32,000 nt of DNA, from assembly GCA_025839675.1 (NCBI GenBank), contig CP104013.1, forward strand, positions 1,200,001 to 1,232,000. Reading direction: 5' to 3'. The position numbers and the translations under genes are program-made. Shown piece by piece: positions 9,246 to 15,643 of this stretch. A model generated the notes under the pieces. It saw only the letters and a program-made list of their open reading frames with translations. It had not been told where the DNA came from and searched no databases. Within the stretch, counting starts at the first letter, position 1; each line of letters opens with the position of its first letter. This DNA comes from Candidatus Lokiarchaeum ossiferum (GTDB lineage Archaea; Asgardarchaeota; Lokiarchaeia; Sigyniarchaeales; Promethearchaeaceae).

Positions 9246-9608
9246 CTAATGCAAAACTTTATTTACCGCTTCCAACACTCGTGCAGGTTTGAAGGGTTTG
9301 ATCACAAATTCTTTCGCCCCGGCTTCGATGGCCTCAACCAACAATCCTTGCTGCCCTAAGGCCGAACACATGATTATTTTGGCATCCGGATCATACGCAA
9401 TTATTTGTTTAACTGCCTCGATCCCATTATCCCCCGGCATCACGACGTCCATGGTAACGAGCGAAGGACTCAATTCTTTATATTTTGCAACGGCTTCGGC
9501 TGTATTCTCTGCCTCTCCCGCCACTTCAAAGCCATTAGAGACCAGAATATTTTTAATCATCATTCGCATGAATTTGGCATCATCTACGATTAAGACTGTC
9601 TTTCCCAT
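9246..9608 (-). CDS. cheY: chemotaxis response regulator CheY
   Basis: MGKTVLIVDDAKFMRMMIKNILVSNGFEVAGEAENTAEAVAKYKE...VTMDVVMPGDNG...IIMCSALGQQ...FVIKPF closely resembles Bacillus-type CheY. I trimmed the 159-aa track ORF to the Met at 9608; the Met at 9623 is an alternative. Confidence 0.88.
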   Translation of the reverse strand: MGKTVLIVDDAKFMRMMIKNILVSNGFEVAGEAENTAEAVAKYKELSPSLVTMDVVMPGDNGIEAVKQIIAYDPDAKIIMCSALGQQGLLVEAIEAGAKEFVIKPFKPARVLEAVNKVLH

Positions 9609-9814
9609 TGTAATTTTCACCATGTCATATATTCGGCAAAGGAGACCAACTGAATGACTCCAATCCCCCCAGTATTTAAAAACACATGAGATCGAGTCGG
9701 GTCCAAATTTCCGAAATATAATCAAGTATTAAGGAAGATTAATTCAACGACAGTTTAAGAATGTGGTTTTAGAAAGGTTTTGAAAAGGTTATCAAAAATA
9801 TTGTAAAAGTTTTG

Positions 9815-9822
9815 AAAAAAAA
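9815..9822 (-). terminator. oligo-T (T8) tract 14-21 nt downstream of the CheW-tail gene stop
   Basis: An A8 run on the + strand gives T8 on the coding strand just after the TAA at 9836-9838. Archaeal terminators are typically oligo-T. Confidence 0.35.
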
Positions 9823-9835
9823 CTAAATATCAAGT

Positions 9836-11152
9836 TTATTGAGAATGATCAATAATAATTTCAGGATGGTTTTCTTTGAGATAGTCAAGAATAGTTGAAA
9901 CCATGGTGGCTTTTTTCATTTTTTTAGTCAAAGAGAGATTCTTATATTCATTGAATTGGGCGATAATTTTAGCTTTGGTTAATGAATTCACATATTTTTC
10001 ATAATGTCTAACTAATTCATCGGTCAATTCTGGTGAAGGTTGTGTATTTTCGTTTACTTGATTAGCCGAAGCGGCATTCTTCTTAGAGTCAACAGCAGCA
10101 ATTAGAGCAGCAACATCATCATTGTTGATAGTTGTATCATCTGGAGCATCCAACAGATCAGCAGTCGCATCAACTGCAGATTCGTTATCGCTTTCAGCAG
10201 CTGCAATAAGGGCAGCAACATCATCATCAATATCATCTGATGGAGATGTTATATCTCCAGAAGAGTCTAGGAGTTTATCATCGGCAGGCGCTGAAATTTC
10301 ATTCCCATCTTCATCAACATACACATATTCCACACCGTCTTCTTCCGGTAATTCTTCCCCTTCCTCAAGATAAACAACTTCCTCTTCTTCAGAAGATTTT
10401 TGGAGATTTATCCCAAGTTCTTCTTGGATTTCCCGTAGGGCAAGTTTACGGATCATCGCTTTTTCTTTTTCTAAGTATTTTTCTTTCGACATGGTAGTAT
10501 TAGAAGAATAATTCATAGAAGAAAAAGCAGGATTACCTTCTTCAGCAATTATCGCCTGTGAAGCAGCAAGACGTCGATTTTCAGTTTGTTTCTCTTTGTC
10601 ACCCCGATTTTTATCGAGAAAGGACTTTATTTCGTGTTCTCTTCCAAAAAGCATCCCTAAATCTTCCAATTCATCCCCGGAAAATATTTTACCGAGATCC
10701 AATAAGATGATTAATCGTTCTCCTTCTTCTAAATTTCCTACTCCAAGCAGATATTCTTGCTCAATTTCTAAGGACAGAAGATTATCTGGAACAGGCTCGA
10801 TCTTCGTGAAGGGTAGGCTTAAAACTTCAGAAACATTATCAACAATCATACCTAGTAAGAAAGGTTGGAAATCTAATACAATGATTCGCATATTTTCTTC
10901 ATTAACGGTATTAAGCGGTAAGTTAAATCGTTTTCTTAAATCAACTACCACTAACGGTTGCCCTCTATAATTAATAATTCCTTCAATGAATTTAGCAGCA
11001 TAAGGTATGTTAGTAATATTTTGCATCCTAAGAATCGAATCTATCTTCTTTATATCAATTCCAAACTCTTCGGAGCTTAATTCAAATACAACCAATTTAA
11101 TTGAATCAGAATATATCGATTGCGCCATCAAAATTTCACATATAAAAAACAT
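9836..11152 (-). CDS. cheW: CheW-domain protein with ~270-aa acidic low-complexity C-terminal extension
   Basis: aa ~15-160 are CheW-like (FGIDIKKIDSI...INYRGQPLVVVDLRKRF...LLDLGKIF). The rest is D/E/S/A-rich with a duplicated DDVAALIAA segment and a helical C-terminal end. The start is 11152 or the Met at 11128 (MAQSIY). Confidence 0.8.
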   Translation of the reverse strand: MFFICEILMAQSIYSDSIKLVVFELSSEEFGIDIKKIDSILRMQNITNIPYAAKFIEGIINYRGQPLVVVDLRKRFNLPLNTVNEENMRIIVLDFQPFLLGMIVDNVSEVLSLPFTKIEPVPDNLLSLEIEQEYLLGVGNLEEGERLIILLDLGKIFSGDELEDLGMLFGREHEIKSFLDKNRGDKEKQTENRRLAASQAIIAEEGNPAFSSMNYSSNTTMSKEKYLEKEKAMIRKLALREIQEELGINLQKSSEEEEVVYLEEGEELPEEDGVEYVYVDEDGNEISAPADDKLLDSSGDITSPSDDIDDDVAALIAAAESDNESAVDATADLLDAPDDTTINNDDVAALIAAVDSKKNAASANQVNENTQPSPELTDELVRHYEKYVNSLTKAKIIAQFNEYKNLSLTKKMKKATMVSTILDYLKENHPEIIIDHSQ

Positions 11153-11230
11153 TTACGTGCGGTTAATAAACTTGGTTTAAGAAATATTTTCAAAAATAGT
11201 GTAATAAAATAAAGATGAAAAATGAAGTAG

Positions 11231-11239
11231 AAAAAAAAA
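11231..11239 (-). terminator. oligo-T (T9) tract downstream of the DMT transporter stop
   Basis: An A9 run on the + strand sits 16-24 nt beyond the stop at 11255-11257, on the coding strand. Confidence 0.3.
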
Positions 11240-11254
11240 TGGAATCGATTTTTT

Positions 11255-12259
11255 TTAATAAATAATCAGCACAACACCAATAATTGTGAGAAGAACTCCA
11301 AGAAATCCCCACGAAGAGATTTTTTCTTTATTGAAAATATAGGTTAAGGGCAGAGAAAACAATGGATTGGCACTGGCAATTAAAGCCATAGTTGTTGCAC
11401 CAGCAATTCGTGTAGCTTCCATGTATAAATATGCACCAAGACTCGTTCCAATTAACGCAGCAAGAATTAGCCATACCCAAGATTCACTGGTTTTATTTTT
11501 AAGAGGATGCTTATCTTCTTTATATAACATGAAGAGCAAAATGACCAAAACGGCAGGAAATCGAATTGCACTGCCGGCAATGGAACTCATGGAACCAAGG
11601 TTTAGTAAGGCATTAATTTCATTGGTTGCATAATTAACCATCACTAAGGCAATAGCCCATCCCAAGGATGCAATTAATCCAAAAAGAACGGCAATATAAT
11701 GTTTCGAAGAATCTTTTTGGAGGTTTTGATTAAAATCGGAGGTAAATTCCAGATCATCTTCACTTCTATCTTCTACTTTTCCATTAATATCTTCATCAGT
11801 GATTTCTTTGACACTATCTTTAATTTCATCCTTAAATTTATATTTTCCAATGATCATTACTCCGATTCCAATCAAAATAAGAGAAAGAACGAATTTAATC
11901 TCAAATTCTTGATCTAAAAAGATCATAGATAGGAGGAAGGTAAATAGTGGAAAAGTCATTGACACAGCCATGGCTTTTGTTGCACCTAAATGTTTTTGGG
12001 CTGTAAAATACGATGTATCCCCAATTACTTGCCCAAAAATGAAACTTACAATCAAGATAACCCACAATATAGGAGGAATCGCAAAAATATCTGCAAAAAT
12101 TCCAAATATGAGTGCCATAATGAAAAAAGTGATTGTTCCAAGTAAAGTGCGAAATGTATTAATAAACTTGGGAGAAGCTTCATGTTCTGTTTTTCTAAAC
12201 AACACATTGGAGATGACAAATGAAAGATTTGCGAGTATTGAAATTAGCACTCCATTCAT
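11255..12259 (-). CDS. EamA/DMT-superfamily transporter with an acidic central loop
   Basis: 334 aa. Two blocks of ~5 hydrophobic helices each are separated by a D/E/K-rich loop (aa ~140-185). This layout and composition are typical of duplicated EamA domains. Confidence 0.65.
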   Translation of the reverse strand: MNGVLISILANLSFVISNVLFRKTEHEASPKFINTFRTLLGTITFFIMALIFGIFADIFAIPPILWVILIVSFIFGQVIGDTSYFTAQKHLGATKAMAVSMTFPLFTFLLSMIFLDQEFEIKFVLSLILIGIGVMIIGKYKFKDEIKDSVKEITDEDINGKVEDRSEDDLEFTSDFNQNLQKDSSKHYIAVLFGLIASLGWAIALVMVNYATNEINALLNLGSMSSIAGSAIRFPAVLVILLFMLYKEDKHPLKNKTSESWVWLILAALIGTSLGAYLYMEATRIAGATTMALIASANPLFSLPLTYIFNKEKISSWGFLGVLLTIIGVVLIIY

Positions 12260-12354
12260 GATAAGGAAAATATTACAAAGGTAATAAATATCTTCAATTC
12301 TTAAAATACAAAGGGATTGAGCTAACCATGCGCCAATGGAAATTTACGGTTGCC

Positions 12355-12374
12355 TTTGCAAATCACTTTGCAAA
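12355..12374. promoter_or_regulatory. two copies of the palindrome TTTGCAAA spaced 12 nt centre to centre
   Basis: cc TTTGCAAA tcac TTTGCAAA ac lies in the 597-nt gap between the divergent DMT and ABC genes. A possible operator. Confidence 0.3.
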
Positions 12375-12495
12375 ACTAAATGAAAAGGAGCCGAGGGAAA
12401 AACTAGCAGTTTTCGTGGTAGAAAGTTGTAAAATTGGGTGAACATCGGGAGATTTTTTTCCCTTTGAAGTGGCGATTGCGTCACTTTCGAGGGGA

Positions 12496-12687
12496 ATGGA
12501 GGATAATTCATTAGAACAGTTGTCAGATGGAGAAATGCAAAGAAGGATACCATTATTTGTTGAAAAGAACATCATTGACACCCTGCCAGATGTAGTGATC
12601 ATCGATCATGTCTCAACAGACAAACTTGAATTCTCCTTTATCCCTCCTCTTCCAAAACGACTCAAAGACTACAATTTTATCCAATAA
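12496..12687 (+). CDS. possible small protein (63 aa from ATG; 72 aa from GTG at 12469)
   Basis: This is the only ORF in the long gap with non-degenerate composition (MEDNSLEQLSDGEMQRRIPLFVEKNIIDTLPDVVIIDHV...). No family recognised and no convincing RBS spacing. Confidence 0.2.
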   Translation: MEDNSLEQLSDGEMQRRIPLFVEKNIIDTLPDVVIIDHVSTDKLEFSFIPPLPKRLKDYNFIQ

Positions 12688-12822
12688 AGGAAATAAATCT
12701 AAATTAGGTCTTAAATCAAATGAAAATATGAAAATAAACACTTGAAGAGTGATTTCATAGAAGATGAATATTGCATATAATGACCTTCTTTTCTTTTTTT
12801 TTTGTTCCATCAAGATTTTTAG

Positions 12823-12858
12823 AAGGGAATTCTAATAACAACGTAAGGGAATTCTAAT
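12823..12858 (+). promoter_or_regulatory. perfect 14-nt direct repeat AAGGGAATTCTAAT x2 (22-nt period), the second copy overlapping the ABC ATPase start codon
   Basis: Copies at 12823-12836 and 12845-12858. Each contains the GAATTC palindrome. The ATG at 12857 lies inside copy 2. Confidence 0.35.
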
Positions 12859-13693
12859 GAAAAAATTACGAGAAAATGATTTTTCAGAAATAATTACACA
12901 TTATCGGAACATACCCGAGATGCATATGAATCCTTTTGTAAGTGCTCAAGGGATTGTTAAAGATTTTGACTTAGGGGATTATTTAATTCGAGCCATAGAT
13001 CATTTAGATTTAGAAATTGCCGAACATGAATATGTGGCAATAATTGGAGCTTCTGGAGCAGGAAAAACATCGCTTTTACATATTTTAGGAGGTTTAGATA
13101 AACCTACTGATGGTAAGGTCTATCTTAGCCACATTGATATAACTCCAATGGAAGAAGAAACTTTAGCGACCTTCCGTATATTTAGTGTAGGGTTAGTCTT
13201 TCAAAATTACAATCTTATTTCTTCTTTAACAGCACAAGAAAATATTATGTTTCCAATGCAATTATGTGGGATTTCCCATGAAGAGTGTGAAAAGCGTGCC
13301 TCGGAACTTTTAAAACAAATTGGATTGGAAGAACGAGCAGAACACCTCCCATTCCAACTAAGTGCAGGAGAACAGCAAAGAATTGCAATTGCGCGGGCTT
13401 TAGCTAATGATCCCCCAGTAATAATCGCCGATGAACCCACAGCCAATTTGGATAAAAAAAATGCGGAGTTTATAGGTACATTATTTGAACAATTTCGAAA
13501 GGAAGGAAAAACCATTATTTTGGCCACCCATGATGAAAAACTTTTCAAACATGCGCACCGTATTTTAGAAATGGATGACGGTAAAATAATTTCAGATAAA
13601 CGTATCCACGAAATTGACTTTGTTGATAATGATAAGCTCGAGAGTTCATCGATTGAGGATTCCGACGAACAATCAATCCAAAACGAGGAATAA
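12857..13693 (+). CDS. ABC transporter ATP-binding protein (MacB/LolD/FtsE-type)
   Basis: Walker A GASGAGKTS, Q-loop, signature LSAGEQQR, Walker B VIIADEPT and H-loop ATHD, followed by an acidic C-terminal tail. Confidence 0.9.
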   Translation: MKKLRENDFSEIITHYRNIPEMHMNPFVSAQGIVKDFDLGDYLIRAIDHLDLEIAEHEYVAIIGASGAGKTSLLHILGGLDKPTDGKVYLSHIDITPMEEETLATFRIFSVGLVFQNYNLISSLTAQENIMFPMQLCGISHEECEKRASELLKQIGLEERAEHLPFQLSAGEQQRIAIARALANDPPVIIADEPTANLDKKNAEFIGTLFEQFRKEGKTIILATHDEKLFKHAHRILEMDDGKIISDKRIHEIDFVDNDKLESSSIEDSDEQSIQNEE

Positions 13694-13696
13694 ACC

Positions 13697-15625
13697 ATGT
13701 CTTTTAACTTTGCAATAAAGGATTTGTATTTTTACAAATCCCAATCCAAATCTTACATGAAGATAAACATCGCAATAATTGCCCTAGCGATCTTTTTTGT
13801 AAATATCATTCCCAGTTTAGGTTTATTATTTTTACCCGAACGAATAAACACTTTCACTTACACGATCGTTGAGATTTTTACGCAATACAATTTATTTTTA
13901 ATAATTCTCACCTTACTCTTAACCATTTTTATCATCATTACCAATAATCATGCCTTAATTCAAACTCGCAAAAAGGATATTGCAGTAATGAAGGCAGTGG
14001 GAACTTATCCGAGACAGCTGTATAGTTTCTATCTTTCAGAGCTTTTATTAATTCTGATGTTTACAGTCTTAGTTGGTTTTATAGTGGGTTTTGTTGTTTT
14101 TCTTGGTTTTTTCTTGATATTTAATCAAAATTTTCCCACAGCTCTTTGGCTTCCGGATACGTTTTTGGGACCAAGTTTAATCATTGGAATTTTATTCTTT
14201 TCTTATTTTATTAATGGATATGAGATCAGAAAAATTGGAAGAAAATCATATAATGCAACCAAAACGGGAAAAATTAGCGAATCCATCCATGCAAAGCTCG
14301 GTCCAAACCTAAAAAAATGGTTAAATAATAGATCGATCAATTTAACTATGGCTATCAAAAACCTTATGAGAAAAAAATATTTGGTTCGTGAGTATATTGT
14401 GATGATTGCTATAGCAGGAATGGTGATGTTTACTGGGATCATCGGTGTGCTCGTATTAAGCAATTCTGGATCAGCTTACGTTGAAAGTGCACAGGGGAGA
14501 AATATCATTATAATTGGAGCAGAACCGGTTGTTGATTCAATTGATCAAGGATACCAAAAATTTACCGATAATTCAATAGAACCCCTCATTATGGGAAATT
14601 ACACCGATGAAGAATACAATTTAACTGCATACACATCGGAATTTGAGTCTACAATACAAACCTATAATTTGAATAAATGGGAATCAAGGTTATATTCTGT
14701 GCAGACCGTTTATGAACATCAAGGTTTTGCCATCGTAAACACGGAAACAACGAATGTATCTCTGCAATATAAATTAATTGGGGATGGAAATCATAGTCTA
14801 ACCATTCCTGTGCAAGGGGTAGTCTTTGGTTCCACAGTGCAAAATTGGTACCATAATGGGGCGCTAATTAATTTCTTATCGGGAGCAGCAGTAGGCGATT
14901 CATTAGCCGGAGAACAATTTGAATCGGCTTTGAATCAAGATATTTCGGTTTACAATAATGAAACTGATATGAAAAGCGTTCATAAAATAAATGCAATTGT
15001 GATTGATCCGTTAAATAATGGGAACTCCGCATATTTCAACATCCTTGATTTACAAGAAGATCTTGGGAAAGCAAACTATACTAACTTGCTCTTCTTAGAT
15101 TATTCAACCATTGCTGATGATAGTGAAAAAGTCAGTGAGCTCATTTCTGATCTGGAAGCAAGTGTTCTTGCCTATTTTGGAGATGGGTTTGTTGTTCGAA
15201 ATTTTTCCCAACAATTTAGACAAAATTTGGACAACATTCATTCAGCCGAAACGATTACCTTAGGAATTAGTGTCATTATGGGGATTTTGATCTTATATAT
15301 TCTCCATCACTACCAAAAAGCACGAGTTGAAGAAGATCAAAAGGATTTGATCATAATTAAAGCTCTCGGAGCAAAACGGACAGATATTAGAAATTCCGCA
15401 TTTTTAGAACAGTGTGGTATGATCATTCTAGGGTTACTACTAGCGTTGATGGGTGCTATGATCATTTTAATATTTTTCCTCATGGAAGAGAGTGAACTTC
15501 CATCAATATTAGTGCCTTTAGGGATGTTCTTTGGGATATTATGTGTTTTATTAATTAGTTCATTCATTACAACTCATATAACAATTAAAAAGAACCATAA
15601 AAAACTCGCAACTTTGGAATTATAA
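13697..15625 (+). CDS. FtsX-family ABC permease with two FtsX modules and a large extracytoplasmic domain
   Basis: Starts 3 nt after the ATPase gene. FtsX-like motifs VMKAVGTYPRQL... and IIKALGAKRTDIRN..., each followed by TM helices. A soluble domain of ~250 aa lies between them. Confidence 0.75.
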   Translation: MSFNFAIKDLYFYKSQSKSYMKINIAIIALAIFFVNIIPSLGLLFLPERINTFTYTIVEIFTQYNLFLIILTLLLTIFIIITNNHALIQTRKKDIAVMKAVGTYPRQLYSFYLSELLLILMFTVLVGFIVGFVVFLGFFLIFNQNFPTALWLPDTFLGPSLIIGILFFSYFINGYEIRKIGRKSYNATKTGKISESIHAKLGPNLKKWLNNRSINLTMAIKNLMRKKYLVREYIVMIAIAGMVMFTGIIGVLVLSNSGSAYVESAQGRNIIIIGAEPVVDSIDQGYQKFTDNSIEPLIMGNYTDEEYNLTAYTSEFESTIQTYNLNKWESRLYSVQTVYEHQGFAIVNTETTNVSLQYKLIGDGNHSLTIPVQGVVFGSTVQNWYHNGALINFLSGAAVGDSLAGEQFESALNQDISVYNNETDMKSVHKINAIVIDPLNNGNSAYFNILDLQEDLGKANYTNLLFLDYSTIADDSEKVSELISDLEASVLAYFGDGFVVRNFSQQFRQNLDNIHSAETITLGISVIMGILILYILHHYQKARVEEDQKDLIIIKALGAKRTDIRNSAFLEQCGMIILGLLLALMGAMIILIFFLMEESELPSILVPLGMFFGILCVLLISSFITTHITIKKNHKKLATLEL

Positions 15626-15643
15626 ATTTTTTTTTATTTCATT

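Noticed and set aside
9030-9359. 109-aa plus-strand ORF spanning the cheA start and cheY end. Similar plus-strand ORFs lie at 7292-7573, 7488-7685, 8274-8554, 8954-9243, 9289-9657 and 9405-9593.
   Set aside because: All are antisense to strongly supported che genes, have skewed composition (S/F/I/N-rich) and lack motifs. They are typical shadow ORFs of AT-rich coding sequence.
9609-9725. N-terminal 39-aa extension of the CheY track ORF (MIIFRKFGPDSISCVFKYWGDW...).
   Set aside because: CheY homologues begin a few residues before the LIVDD strand, and the extension has no homology-like features. I preferred the Met at 9608 (or 9623).
10122-10970. Plus-strand ORFs (83, 85 and 124 aa) inside the CheW-tail gene.
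   Set aside because: They are antisense to the acidic repeat region. The Ser-rich translations are the mirror image of GAx/GAA-rich codons.
12344-12813. Three minus-strand ORFs (69, 79 and 66 aa) in the long intergenic gap.
   Set aside because: They overlap one another, have hydrophobic or low-complexity translations and lack start-site signals. The region is kept only as a region-level finding.
13207-13698. 163-aa minus-strand ORF.
   Set aside because: It is fully antisense to the ABC ATPase, which has complete Walker and signature motifs. The ORF is Ser/Ile-rich with no motif.
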